Positions 16,880 to 26,862 of a stretch of DNA of 64,000 nt are shown one piece after another (the first letter of the stretch is position 1; each line of letters starts with the position of its first letter). Below the pieces are notes generated by a model. It saw only the letters and a program-made list of their open reading frames with translations. It did not search any database and had not been told where the DNA came from. The position numbers and the translations under genes are program-made. Source of the DNA: an uncultured Methanosarcinales archaeon (GTDB lineage Archaea > Nanobdellota > Nanobdellia > Woesearchaeales > GW2011-AR9); NCBI GenBank assembly GCA_964552945.1, contig CAZKIP010000001.1, positions 142,109 to 206,108 of the forward strand, read 5' to 3'.

Positions 16880-17194
16880 TCATAAGCTTAAACTGGCTTT
16901 CTTCAAAGTGCCAGATGTTATAATTGATTTAACAATTACTGGCTTGTTTTTAATCTTTTTGATTAAAATCAAAGCAGACTTACATTCATCAACGTATTTG
17001 TGGTTAACTTTTATTATAAATCTGTTGTTTTTATGCTTCACAAATAAAGGAGACATTTTACTGACACCTAATGTTCCAACAAATTCGTATAAAGCTAGAG
17101 AAACTTCTTCCTTCAAAGCTGACTCTGGAAGGGTCTCAGAGATTTCAAAAACAAGGTAACGTTTCTTTTGTTTTAGCGAAGGTAGAAGCTTCAT
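16880..17194 (-). CDS. RNase P protein component Pop5 (Rpp14 family)
   Basis: MKLLPSLKQKKRYLVFEI...; position directly upstream of psmA. TTTATAAAC about 28 nt upstream of ATG 17194 suggests a leaderless transcript. Confidence 0.75.
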   Translation of the reverse strand: MKLLPSLKQKKRYLVFEISETLPESALKEEVSLALYEFVGTLGVSKMSPLFVKHKNNRFIIKVNHKYVDECKSALILIKKIKNKPVIVKSIITSGTLKKASLSL

Positions 17195-17271
17195 TTTTAG
17201 GATAGATGATAACAAGTTTATAAAGGTTTATTTTGTTAGTTTGTTACTTGTTAGTGGTTATTTTCAAAACA

Positions 17272-17308
17272 TTTATAAAAAATCGTACTTTATCGTACTA
17301 AATACGAT
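17272..17308 (+). promoter_or_regulatory. TATA box plus operator-like repeats of the RHH operon
   Basis: TTTATAAAAA at 17272-17281. ATCGTACT at 17282-17289 and 17292-17299 (10-bp period). Inverted repeat ATCGTA-N5-TACGAT at 17292-17308 reaching the ATG (17307). Confidence 0.5.
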
Positions 17309-17444
17309 GAAAAGAAAACTAAGCATAAGCATAGAGGAATCTACCTTCCAAGAGGTTGTAGAACTTCTTAAGGATAATAATTACAGGAATAAAAGCCACG
17401 TAATAGAGTTAGCAATCCAGAGATTTGCGGGTGATAAAAAATGA
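17307..17444 (+). CDS. Ribbon-helix-helix (CopG/Arc/MetJ-like) DNA-binding protein, 45 aa
   Basis: MKRKLSISIEESTFQEVVELLKDNNYRNKSHVIELAIQRFAGDKK shows a beta-strand then two-helix pattern. The stop overlaps the next start (ATGA). Confidence 0.65.
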   Translation: MKRKLSISIEESTFQEVVELLKDNNYRNKSHVIELAIQRFAGDKK

Positions 17445-19429
17445 AAATGACTCTGCAGAAAATGCTTGCTGGTGCAGCTCTTGCATTAGGTTTAGGAGGA
17501 TGTGGGCACACTCTACCTCAAACAGATTTACAGGATAGAGAAGCATTAATTGATTCAATTACTAGGCAAATGGCCCCTACAGATAAATCAACTCAGAAAT
17601 ACTGCAGTAAAGATCTTAAAAAAAAAAGTAAAATCGCTTATTGTAATGGTCAAAAAGCTCTAAGTCAGAACCTAAGAGATATGGCGAGAGAGTTAAGAGA
17701 CAAATTAGAGGATAAACTTTTAAGTGTTAGCAGACCAGAATTCAGAGAATATGAAGACGTTATCAGGAGGGCAAGAGATCTCTCAGACATCCGTTTTTTC
17801 CATAGATATTCTAAAAGGTTATTGGAAGAATCTAACAGAAATTTAATAGATCCAAATTACAAAGCAGATAAACCATTAGCAGTTTTCTTTATGGGATTGT
17901 ATGAAACTAAAACTTTTGGTGTAAGGGCATTAGACGTTAAAGTAGATGAAATTGAAAAATTTGTTGAAGGATATAAAGTAATTGTTTTTGAATCTTCTTC
18001 GTTCTATCAAATGCATCTGCAAATGAAAAAAGTTGAAAAATTGTATGAAGGAAAAAATAAAATTTCCGGTTTAATGATTGGAGGCCATGGAACTAAAGAT
18101 TCGATTACTCTCGGACAAAGAAGTAGTGATGGCGACCAAATGCTTTATGGTAATAGTGTAAATTCTATTTTTAGAAATTTTGAATCAATGTTCTCAGAAG
18201 ATGCGATAGTTTTTTTAGCTTCCTGTAATAATGGTGAAGGGCGTGAAGAAGAGTTAAACATTGCCAATACCTTTGCCTATACTCTTCCCGGAAGAAAGGT
18301 CTTTTCTTGTACAAAAGTCTTAGTAGATTTTGACTATGAACTTGATGAAAATAATCAAATTGACCCTGATTCAATTAAAATGACTGGATTAGAAGGATTA
18401 ATTCCCAAAGATTGTACTTATGTTGCCCAATGCGATGATGGAAAAGAAAAGTGCCTAATGAAATATACTGCAAAATTACTAGGTAAAAATCTTTCTGAAA
18501 TAATGGAATTTAAAAGATTAGGTCTGAAAAGATTTCGTGATCTTATGGATTTCAGGAATATTGAAGCTGATTATGTTAAACAATTACTTGATAATGGAGC
18601 TAATCTAAAAGAGATAAAAAAGATTAGTTATAAGCTTGATACTGAAAAAAATAGAACCATCGTCCTTGAAGCCACAAGATTGGGAGTTACTTCCAGTTCA
18701 GATTTATCCACCCTTATTATTAGAGGGGAAAATCTTGGAAAGATAAAAAAGGAAGTTGACCAAGATGTTGAAAGATATTTTTCTGTTACTGACCAATCTA
18801 GAGAAGGAAATGATTGGGTAAGAGACGTAATGAGGATTAGGTACAAAATGACCCGGTACGATAAAAGAAACTCAAATAATTTGAAAAAAAAAGAAGAAAA
18901 ATTACTTTCCAATGTTGATAAAGCTGCAAGAGCAGACAAATTTGATGCAGTTAAATATCACAATGAACTTGATAAATTGGTAGAATTTAGGACAAAAAAG
19001 AGTAACTTCTGGATTATAGATAGGGAATGGGAATTACAAGGTTATGATAAAAAACCATCTACCTACCAACTAATTAAAGACAGATTTTCCAAAAAAATGG
19101 CTAGAAATAGTATAGACCCTTTTATTCAAAGAGTAAGTGCTTATGCCGCACAGCCAGATGTTGACAAAGGAGGGATTGCAGGTTTTCTTGAGCATGGAAT
19201 CCCGGTTAAAGCTGCTAAAGTGGGTGGACAACTAGGTATTGATGGGAAAAACTGGGTGCTATATCACTCCTTGAAATATGCAGAATCTTTGACAGATAAA
19301 AAGTTTGAAGAGATGTCAAAACAAGATCTAAAAACGTTCCTAGGTGGAAGATGGAAAGAAGATGCTTTAAGAAAAGCTGCCCCAGGATTATATGATGGAA
19401 GAAGAGTACCTTTATTAAAAAATGACTAG
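17441..19429 (+). CDS. Lipobox protein (662 aa) with putative clan-CD/CHAT/C80-like His-Cys domain; rest unknown
   Basis: Signal plus lipobox AGAALALGLGGC (Cys21). LMIGGHGTKDS (His216, nt 18086-18088) and AIVFLASCNNGEG (Cys262, nt 18224-18226) each follow hydrophobic strands. Confidence 0.5.
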   Translation: MKMTLQKMLAGAALALGLGGCGHTLPQTDLQDREALIDSITRQMAPTDKSTQKYCSKDLKKKSKIAYCNGQKALSQNLRDMARELRDKLEDKLLSVSRPEFREYEDVIRRARDLSDIRFFHRYSKRLLEESNRNLIDPNYKADKPLAVFFMGLYETKTFGVRALDVKVDEIEKFVEGYKVIVFESSSFYQMHLQMKKVEKLYEGKNKISGLMIGGHGTKDSITLGQRSSDGDQMLYGNSVNSIFRNFESMFSEDAIVFLASCNNGEGREEELNIANTFAYTLPGRKVFSCTKVLVDFDYELDENNQIDPDSIKMTGLEGLIPKDCTYVAQCDDGKEKCLMKYTAKLLGKNLSEIMEFKRLGLKRFRDLMDFRNIEADYVKQLLDNGANLKEIKKISYKLDTEKNRTIVLEATRLGVTSSSDLSTLIIRGENLGKIKKEVDQDVERYFSVTDQSREGNDWVRDVMRIRYKMTRYDKRNSNNLKKKEEKLLSNVDKAARADKFDAVKYHNELDKLVEFRTKKSNFWIIDREWELQGYDKKPSTYQLIKDRFSKKMARNSIDPFIQRVSAYAAQPDVDKGGIAGFLEHGIPVKAAKVGGQLGIDGKNWVLYHSLKYAESLTDKKFEEMSKQDLKTFLGGRWKEDALRKAAPGLYDGRRVPLLKND

Positions 19430-20498
19430 AAAAAACAAAATAGCAGCAGGACTCACAGCATTAGGACTAGTTATTCCTGCATGGTGTACTTATGATATTC
19501 TTTCTACAGATACAACTATTGATGAAAGTACAATTGAAGACGTTCAAGATGAAAGGAAGTTAGAACAAAGAGTTGAGAGAGCAGAAGAAGTTACAAGAAC
19601 TTCTGCACCAAGAAGGACAAAACCCAAAGTAAAAAAAGTAGTAAATAGTAAACCGGTAAAGGGAGTTGGAAAAGAACTTTTTGAAAAAGCATACGATGTC
19701 AACAAAGGATGCATTCCTGAGGAGAATTATGGTTTTGTTAGAGAAGAGTTGGGTAAAATAAAAGACTCTCAAAAATTAGCTTTAACTTTAGGAGAATTCT
19801 GGAAGAAATATAAAGATATTAATTCAGATTGCGCAGATAAAGGCGTAACCTTTTTATCACATTTTCTGAGAGGATTAGATAAATACAAAGCATTAGATGC
19901 TTACAAAAATCTTCTTCAAACAGATAATGATTATTTTAGAAGAGTTATGGCAATATCTTTCTTTCAACACATAAGTAATCCAGACAATAGATTTACAGAT
20001 GAGGAAAAAGTTTCTAATCTTGCAGATTTATGTCAAGGAAAAACTGCAGTGTTTGAAAAACCATGCCCAATTGGAGCCTTAGACACAGATGAATGGATTG
20101 CTTGTGGATATAGCAAGTTAGATTGGACTAAGGAAAGAGTTTGTCGACAAGCATTGGTATATTCTCCAAATAAAGTAGGAACTTACAGAGACGGAGAATT
20201 AATTCGTCCAAAAAACAAATTTATTGAAGAATTAATAAATAGAGGAGAGCCAATTGGAGCTGCCTTAGAATTAACAAATGAAATTGGTGGATACACTTTA
20301 TGTGAGAATCAAGAAGCAATAGAAGACCTAACGGCAATGAATTCAGAAACTGCTAAAGACATACTATGTAGAATCAAAGATAAAGACAAAAGGACTGAAG
20401 CGCTTAATGCATATGCAGAAAATGAAAGCCTAAATCATTTGACTGTTCCAAGAACATTATACGAAAAAATAAAAAATAAAATAAAAAGTTGTTTATAG
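19422..20498 (+). CDS. Membrane-anchored/lipobox-like Cys-rich helical protein (358 aa), unknown function
   Basis: 8-nt overlap with the upstream gene. N-terminal IAAGLTALGLVIPAWC and at least 10 Cys. Confidence 0.5.
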   Translation: MTRKNKIAAGLTALGLVIPAWCTYDILSTDTTIDESTIEDVQDERKLEQRVERAEEVTRTSAPRRTKPKVKKVVNSKPVKGVGKELFEKAYDVNKGCIPEENYGFVREELGKIKDSQKLALTLGEFWKKYKDINSDCADKGVTFLSHFLRGLDKYKALDAYKNLLQTDNDYFRRVMAISFFQHISNPDNRFTDEEKVSNLADLCQGKTAVFEKPCPIGALDTDEWIACGYSKLDWTKERVCRQALVYSPNKVGTYRDGELIRPKNKFIEELINRGEPIGAALELTNEIGGYTLCENQEAIEDLTAMNSETAKDILCRIKDKDKRTEALNAYAENESLNHLTVPRTLYEKIKNKIKSCL

Positions 20499-20921
20499 TT
20501 ATTCAACTACTTCTTCTTCATCAAAGTTTTCCAAACCTTCTTCTCCTTCAGGACTTTCTTCCATCGTAGAAGCGGGTTGCAACATTTTTGGATCGTTAGT
20601 GAATACTTCGGTTGGTTGGGATTCAGTAGGTTGTCCTTCAACAACTTCAATCTTACCAAATTTTCCAGGTGAAAGCTGTCTTTCTCCTTTGTATTCAGAA
20701 CACCATCCATTTTCAAGATGAACCTTGTCCCCAAGTTTTACTCTTTCAATGTCATCATTCCACAAAGTAAGTTTTATTTCGCCAGTTACATCCTTAAGTT
20801 TAGCGTTACAAACTTTTCCTACTTTGCCAAATTTTTCAAAAGAACGAGGTTCTTCTAATTCAACAACTTCAGCTACAAGATCAACATTTCCTTGATTTGG
20901 TTTTACGTCTTTTATTTCCAT
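20499..20921 (-). CDS. Single OB-fold ssDNA-binding protein with acidic C-terminal tail (SSB/RPA-like)
   Basis: GNVDLVAEVVELEEPRSFEKFGKVGKVCNAKLKDVTGEIKLTLWNDD...GERQLS OB pattern; tail EEGLENFDEEEVVE; AGGTGG Shine-Dalgarno before ATG 20921. Confidence 0.7.
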   Translation of the reverse strand: MEIKDVKPNQGNVDLVAEVVELEEPRSFEKFGKVGKVCNAKLKDVTGEIKLTLWNDDIERVKLGDKVHLENGWCSEYKGERQLSPGKFGKIEVVEGQPTESQPTEVFTNDPKMLQPASTMEESPEGEEGLENFDEEEVVE

Positions 20922-20985
20922 ATTAACCACCTTTGCTACTGCGGTTCTCTATTATTTATAAGAATTTCGGAAATAATGAAGATAA

Positions 20986-21552
20986 TCATTGACCATGTTC
21001 TAAATGGCTTCTAACATAAACTAAAAGATGATAATATTTCTTTTTAGCTTCTTCTGGCAATTTTTTGTAATGAGAGTTGAATTCATCAAAAATGGCTTCT
21101 TTTTCTTTCATTGGAACTTTAGTAATTTTTTTCGCCAAATGTTGTAATTGTTTTTCTGCCACAAGCATATCTTCCAATTTCTCTCGTAACATATCAAGAT
21201 GAAAATGGAAATGTTTTTTCTTATGATGAGGTACTTTTAGATACAAATCATGAATCTCATGATAATGTTGTTTCAATTTATCTAAAGAAGATTTGTAGAT
21301 TACCGATTTAACTTCCTGTAATTTTCTACGAAATCTTACCGTAGAAGAAGTTAACCTTAAATAAACATAAACAGAACCAAAAACAAAAGTAATTACAAAA
21401 AGTACTAAACTAATTGTTTTAACAGTGTCATGTTGAGTAAGGTAAAAAAGAAGAGAGAGTAACATTAAAATTGCAAAAATTATCAAAGTCATGCCGTAAA
21501 CGAATCCTTTCTTTGGGAGGGGTTTTTCAATGTCCATTCTGTAAAAATTCAA
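20986..21552 (-). CDS. Membrane protein, unknown (two TM helices plus His/Lys-rich helical tail)
   Basis: ORF track. Start uncertain because the annotated start overlaps the glyS 3' end; internal ATGs lie at 21537 and 21492. Confidence 0.45.
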   Translation of the reverse strand: MNFYRMDIEKPLPKKGFVYGMTLIIFAILMLLSLLFYLTQHDTVKTISLVLFVITFVFGSVYVYLRLTSSTVRFRRKLQEVKSVIYKSSLDKLKQHYHEIHDLYLKVPHHKKKHFHFHLDMLREKLEDMLVAEKQLQHLAKKITKVPMKEKEAIFDEFNSHYKKLPEEAKKKYYHLLVYVRSHLEHGQ

Positions 21553-23002
21553 CTAGCTCGGATATTTTAACCCTAGTTTGTTTTGTTGTATCTCTTTCTC
21601 TAACCGTTACTGACTCATCTTCCAAAGTGTCAAAATCAATGGTTATGCAATAAGGCATTCCTATTTCGTCAGCTCTAGCATATCTTCTACCAATGGACCC
21701 AGAGACATCAAAGAAACAAGCAAATTTATCTCTAAGAAGTTCGTAAACTTGCTCAGATTTTTTAAGAATTTCTTCCTTATTTTTTACCAAAGGAAAAACT
21801 CCACAAGTTGTAGGAGCAAAGGAGGGAGGTAGTTTAAGAACAATATTTCCTCTCTTCTTGTCATCGTTGAAAGCTTCATATAACATTGCTAAGAAAAGCC
21901 TATCTACTCCTTGGCTCGGTTCTATTACAGTAGGAATAACTTTTTCTCCAGATGCTTCATCATGAACTTCTAATTTTGATTTACTATGTTGTTGATGTTT
22001 GGTTAAATCATATTGTCCCCTATCTGCAATTCCTAAAATTTCTTTGAATCCAAATGGAAACTTATAATCAATATCAAATGTAGCGGAAGAATAGTGGGAC
22101 AACTCTTTGTTTGTGTGTTCCCTAATTCTAATATTTTTTGGATTAAATTTTAGTAACTCGGTGTACCAGAGATACATCTCTGCTAGCCAATAAGCGTGCC
22201 ACTCACTTAATTTCTTTTTCTTAAGAAGTTCTGAGATAGTTATAGTAGTAATTTTACTCTTCTTTTCTTGATTTTCAGATGAAAGAAATTGAAATTTTAA
22301 ATCTTTATGTTTTTTTGTTAAGGAAGGACATTTTTTTTGTTTAGGATGAATAAAGAATTCTAATTCCATTTGTTCAAATTCTCTAACCCTAAATAAGAAT
22401 TCGCGGGGAGAGATTTCGTTTCTAAAGGATTTTCCAATCTGAGAAATTCCAAAAGGAAGTTTCTGCCTGCTAGTTTCCATGATTAATTTGAAATTTGGAA
22501 AAATGCTTTGACAAGTTTCCGGCCTTAAATAAGAAGTGTTTCCATCCTCAACACCTACTTCTGTAGAAAACATTAAATTGAAATCTTTAACTTCCTCAAA
22601 CTCTTCACCCTTATAATTGAGATTATTCTTTTTGATAATCTCATTAATTTCTTTGGCGGATAATCCTTCTGCAGAAATATCTAATTCCGCTTCAAGGAAA
22701 TGGTCTGCTCTCAACTTTTTTTTAGATTTTTTTGTAGTAAGAACCAAATCTGCAAATGAGTCTAGATGACCAGAAGCTTTCCAAACTTTTGGATTGGTTA
22801 TTATGGAACCATCTTGACTGACAACGTTAAAACGATCTTGAACAATGAATTTATGCCAACTTTGTTTTATTTTGTTTTTTAATTCAACACCTAATGGTCC
22901 GTAATCAAAAAATCCTGACAAACCACCATAAATTTCCGCACTTTGAAAAACGAAACCCTTCTTTTTACAGAAAGTGGCCATCTCCTCAATTGTAAGAGTC
23001 AT
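21527..23002 (-). CDS. glyS: Glycyl-tRNA synthetase (archaeal/eukaryotic-type class II)
   Basis: FCKKKGFVFQSAEIYGGLSGFFDYGPLGVELKNKIKQSW; FRNEISPR; ...RYARADEIGMPYCITID. Confidence 0.9.
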   Translation of the reverse strand: MTLTIEEMATFCKKKGFVFQSAEIYGGLSGFFDYGPLGVELKNKIKQSWHKFIVQDRFNVVSQDGSIITNPKVWKASGHLDSFADLVLTTKKSKKKLRADHFLEAELDISAEGLSAKEINEIIKKNNLNYKGEEFEEVKDFNLMFSTEVGVEDGNTSYLRPETCQSIFPNFKLIMETSRQKLPFGISQIGKSFRNEISPREFLFRVREFEQMELEFFIHPKQKKCPSLTKKHKDLKFQFLSSENQEKKSKITTITISELLKKKKLSEWHAYWLAEMYLWYTELLKFNPKNIRIREHTNKELSHYSSATFDIDYKFPFGFKEILGIADRGQYDLTKHQQHSKSKLEVHDEASGEKVIPTVIEPSQGVDRLFLAMLYEAFNDDKKRGNIVLKLPPSFAPTTCGVFPLVKNKEEILKKSEQVYELLRDKFACFFDVSGSIGRRYARADEIGMPYCITIDFDTLEDESVTVRERDTTKQTRVKISELVEFLQNGH

Positions 23003-23044
23003 ATGGATGATAGAGAGAAATGGTTTATTAATGTTTTTATGTTT

Positions 23045-24223
23045 TTATCTCCCCAACCAACTAACTTCGTCATCGCTTAGCTCTAACTCCTCGGCCAATT
23101 GCGGATTACAATATTTTTTTAGGTAAGGAATCTGCTCTCTAGCCACTTTCGTAGAAACATGAGTTGCCTTAGCCAATTTCTCAGCAATACTTTTCTTCTT
23201 AGAATTTTTCATATTTGATTGCCAAATTCTTAACAAACGCATAGTTGGCTTATATTGAAAAAATGAAGTGTTTTTCTCATCCTTTGCTGAAGAAATACCT
23301 GCAGTAATCAAATTGTAGATATATGCTAAAAATCTCCAATGTTGCCTTTTTCTAATTCTCCCTTGGAAAACGTCCGCTCTGGAAAGATATTCATAAGCCC
23401 TAGCTAAAGCTGCCGGCTTATTGTATTCATGTGGCAAATTGTTATCAAGCCAAAGCATAATTTCGTTTACATCCAAATCAACTTCATCCAAAGCGGAAAG
23501 AGCATTATCAACGGATGAAGATTTGAAAATTAACATCAAAGCATTGGTAATTGAATCCGTTCTTTTTCTATCTGAAAGGTAATTTAAATTGTCAAAAGTG
23601 AAATTGTTTTCAGTAATGCAAACCTGCATATCAATTAATGCTCCCCTCATATCCCCATCAACTTGTCTAGCTAAAGAATTAATTGCCTTTTCTTCGAAAG
23701 AAATGTTTTCTTGTTCACATACCCATTGTAAACAATGCGCAATAGTTCTGTATTGCAATTTGTGATATTCAATAAGTTGTGATTCTTTTCTCAAAGGTTT
23801 AAGTTTCTTATCATAAATATCATTAGCTGTAATAATAACTGGGAAAGTAGATTTTTTGATAGCTTTTAATAAAGCAGGGATACATCCCCTATCCTTTACC
23901 CCAGAAATATTATCTACTTCATCAATGAGAATCATTTTTGGTCTGAAAAAGAGAGATTGTTGTCCCAGAGCCGCATCAAGGAAAGTGGCTATATTTTCCG
24001 CATTTCTTAAATCTGAAGAATTGATTTCTAGAATATCAAAGTCAAGTTCTTTTGACAAAGCATAGACTGAAGAAGTTTTTCCATTGCCTATAGGGCCGTG
24101 GATTAAAGCAGCTCGATGTTTCTTACTTTTGTAATTGGTAACGAAATCTTTCAGTTCTTCTAGAGCTTTTTGCTGGCCGAAAACTTGAGAGGTGTTCTTC
24201 GGAGCATATTTAATTGTAAACAT
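23045..24223 (-). CDS. rfcL: Replication factor C large subunit
   Basis: KYAPKNTSQVFGQQKALEELKDFV...ALIHGPIGNGKTS, LIDEVD, AAA+ clamp-loader layout. Confidence 0.8.
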   Translation of the reverse strand: MFTIKYAPKNTSQVFGQQKALEELKDFVTNYKSKKHRAALIHGPIGNGKTSSVYALSKELDFDILEINSSDLRNAENIATFLDAALGQQSLFFRPKMILIDEVDNISGVKDRGCIPALLKAIKKSTFPVIITANDIYDKKLKPLRKESQLIEYHKLQYRTIAHCLQWVCEQENISFEEKAINSLARQVDGDMRGALIDMQVCITENNFTFDNLNYLSDRKRTDSITNALMLIFKSSSVDNALSALDEVDLDVNEIMLWLDNNLPHEYNKPAALARAYEYLSRADVFQGRIRKRQHWRFLAYIYNLITAGISSAKDEKNTSFFQYKPTMRLLRIWQSNMKNSKKKSIAEKLAKATHVSTKVAREQIPYLKKYCNPQLAEELELSDDEVSWLGR

Positions 24224-24279
24224 GGATATTTTAGAGGGGACTGGTTTAAATGATTTGTGGTTGGGGAGGAGTGGAATAG

Positions 24280-24906
24280 TTATCTAATCAATTTATTATT
24301 TATTAAAAAAAGATTTATGATTTTATGAATTTCCTCATATCCTTTTTTATTTGGATGAACCCCATCAACCAATAAGTCCTTATATTTTAATTTGAATAAT
24401 GGATTAAAAATATTTACGTAGTATGATTTATTATTTTTAGCAGTTTTTTTGATAATTTCGTCATATTTCTGAATCTTACTATTTGTAAAATAAGTGTTTT
24501 CAAAGGGGTTTGTTATATCCCCATTAACAGGAGTTAATCCTATTAAGACCACTTTTTTAGTATAGTTTTTTGCAATTTTAATAATTTTTAAGAGATTACT
24601 TTCAAATTTTGCCGGCATAGTTTCCAATTTATTTGGAGACCCTAGCCCTCTTGAATCATTTATTCCTATTGCAATAATTATCACAAATTTATCTTTCGGA
24701 TAAATATAGTTTACTCTAGATTTTATCTCAACTTCTAATCTTTTTAGTAATGTAGTAGTTGTATCTCCAGGAATTCCAAGATTAAATAAACAATTATGAA
24801 ATTCTTGAGGTTCAAAATATTTCTTTAACCTTCCAGTCCAACCAACATTTGGAGATTCACCTCTACCAAAAGAAATACTGTCTCCAAAAACTAATATCCC
24901 AAACAT
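24280..24906 (-). CDS. SGNH/GDSL-family hydrolase
   Basis: VFGDSISFG block I, GINDS, and DGVHPN block V. Start taken at ATG 24906. Confidence 0.75.
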   Translation of the reverse strand: MFGILVFGDSISFGRGESPNVGWTGRLKKYFEPQEFHNCLFNLGIPGDTTTTLLKRLEVEIKSRVNYIYPKDKFVIIIAIGINDSRGLGSPNKLETMPAKFESNLLKIIKIAKNYTKKVVLIGLTPVNGDITNPFENTYFTNSKIQKYDEIIKKTAKNNKSYYVNIFNPLFKLKYKDLLVDGVHPNKKGYEEIHKIINLFLINNKLIR

Positions 24907-25007
24907 ATAATAAAAGAAAAGAAATGAATATTTAAATAGTCTGTTTTTTACCCTTTCATACACCCCACAACAACAATAAATATAAAGAAAAACACTCCCA
25001 AAATATT

Positions 25008-26426
25008 ATGAAATTGGGACTTACATTCTCAGACGTGCTTCTTGTTCCTAAAAGAACGCCACTTAAATCAAGAAGCGAAGCAGATACATCTACAAAATTT
25101 ACAAAAAACATCCCCCTCCATTTACCCTTAGTCTCTTCCAACATGGCTACAGTTACCGAGAATAAAATGGCTATCGCCATGGCCAGAGAAGGAGGTATTG
25201 GAATAATCCACCAATTTAATACCATCGCAGAGCAAGTTCTAGAAGTTAAAAAAGTTAAACGTTCCACTAGCTATGTCATCGAAGAACCAATCTCCGTTTC
25301 TCCACATATCTCAATCCAAGAAGCTATAGACAAAATGCTTGAAACAGGTGTTACCAGCCTTTTAGTTATTGAAGATAAACAATTGAAAGGGATTTTCACA
25401 CACAGAGATTATTTGTTTGAAAAAGATAAATTGAAAATGATCTCTTCAGTAATGACTCCTTTTGAAAAGCTGATTACAGCTAAACCAGGAATTGAACAGG
25501 AAGAAGCAAAAAGGATTCTGCATGAACATCGGATAGAAAAACTTCCTTTAATTGAGAATGGCGAAGTTAAGGGATTAATTACAACTAAAGATATCCGTAA
25601 GTTAGAACGTTGGCCTCATTCAACCAGAGATGAAAAAGGTAGATTAAGAGTTGGAGCGGCCATAGGTGTTAAAGATAGTTTAGAGAGAGGAAGAGCTTTG
25701 ATTGAAGCAGGTGTTGATGTTCTAGTGTTAGATGTGGCCCATGCTCATTCAGATCTAGTGATTCGCTGCCTTAAAGATTTGAAAACCAATTTTAAAATTG
25801 ATGTAATGGTAGGAAACATTGCCACTGCTGAAGCAGCCAAAGATTTGATTGAAGCCGGTGCAGATGGCTTGAAAATAGGGATTGGTCCTTCTCCAGTTTG
25901 TACTACTAGAATAATTTCAGGATCGGGAATTCCTCAAATAACCGCGGTTATAGATGTAGTAAAAATAGCAAACCAGTATAATGTGCCAGTTACCGCAGAT
26001 GGTGGGTTGAAATACCCCGGAGATATTTCAAAGGCCATTGCTGCTGGTGCATCAACCATTTATTCAGGCAACTTTTTTGCAGGAACCGATGAAGCCCCAG
26101 GAATTATAATGATGAAAGATGGTAAGAGATATAAGAGATATATGGGCAGTGCTTCCTATGAAAGTGGCCATGAACGGAAAGAACATTCTCATCGAAAAAA
26201 AGTAAGGGAAAGGTTGGACATTTTTGTTGAAGGTGTTTCAACTTTGGTTGATTATAAAGGCCCTGTTAAAGATGTGATTAGAAGCCTCATTAAAGGATTA
26301 AGGAGCGGAATTAGTTATTGTGGAGCCAGAAATATCAAAGAAATGCAAACTAACGCTGAATTTATGCAAATTACTTCTGCAGGTTGGTTAGAGAGTAAGT
26401 CAAGGGGAGAAAAGTTAAGTGAGTAA
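25008..26426 (+). CDS. guaB: IMP dehydrogenase (with CBS pair)
   Basis: LTFSDVLLVP; catalytic loop GIGPSPVCTTR; GGLKYPGDISKAIAAGA. Confidence 0.9.
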   Translation: MKLGLTFSDVLLVPKRTPLKSRSEADTSTKFTKNIPLHLPLVSSNMATVTENKMAIAMAREGGIGIIHQFNTIAEQVLEVKKVKRSTSYVIEEPISVSPHISIQEAIDKMLETGVTSLLVIEDKQLKGIFTHRDYLFEKDKLKMISSVMTPFEKLITAKPGIEQEEAKRILHEHRIEKLPLIENGEVKGLITTKDIRKLERWPHSTRDEKGRLRVGAAIGVKDSLERGRALIEAGVDVLVLDVAHAHSDLVIRCLKDLKTNFKIDVMVGNIATAEAAKDLIEAGADGLKIGIGPSPVCTTRIISGSGIPQITAVIDVVKIANQYNVPVTADGGLKYPGDISKAIAAGASTIYSGNFFAGTDEAPGIIMMKDGKRYKRYMGSASYESGHERKEHSHRKKVRERLDIFVEGVSTLVDYKGPVKDVIRSLIKGLRSGISYCGARNIKEMQTNAEFMQITSAGWLESKSRGEKLSE

Positions 26427-26485
26427 CTACTTCCCAGTAATATTCTTAGATAAGTTTATAAAAAAGATAGCTTTCTTTTTGTTTG

Positions 26486-26827
26486 ATGAAAAGAATAGGA
26501 TATAATTTAAGAGAAGTTCGAGAGAATATTAGTGATTTAGCTTTTCGAGGAAGAGCCAGGTGTGATTATTTCTCAGGTAAAGAAGGTCGAAAAGATTTTT
26601 CAACTGTTGCAGCTTATTTTCTAGCTTTCAATGAAAATTCAGGCTGGTTCCGAAAAAGCGCTGTAGGACAAAAGGAACCAAATCCAAGCATTGTAGATAA
26701 ACTTATACAGATAGGATTCATAGATTCAAGAGTAAAGGGGAACCATGAAGAAATCAAAGTTTCTGAGAAAGCAAGAAATGCCCAATACCTCTTTTATTGT
26801 AACATACCACAGAAAAAAACAGATTAA
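26486..26827 (+). CDS. Hypothetical protein (113 aa)
   Basis: ORF track only; no motif recognised. Confidence 0.4.
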   Translation: MKRIGYNLREVRENISDLAFRGRARCDYFSGKEGRKDFSTVAAYFLAFNENSGWFRKSAVGQKEPNPSIVDKLIQIGFIDSRVKGNHEEIKVSEKARNAQYLFYCNIPQKKTD

Positions 26828-26862
26828 CTTTTTAAATACCCTTCTTCTACCCTATTATTAAC

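Noticed and set aside
17628-17637. Homopolymeric A runs of 10-11 nt inside coding regions as phase-variation switches. Examples: 17628-17637 in the lipoprotein gene, 30532-30541 in the HAD gene, 33784-33794 in the flavoprotein gene.
   Set aside because: Such runs are widespread in this Lys-rich, AT-rich genome, including housekeeping genes, and all are in frame here. Without read-level length heterogeneity there is no evidence of switching.
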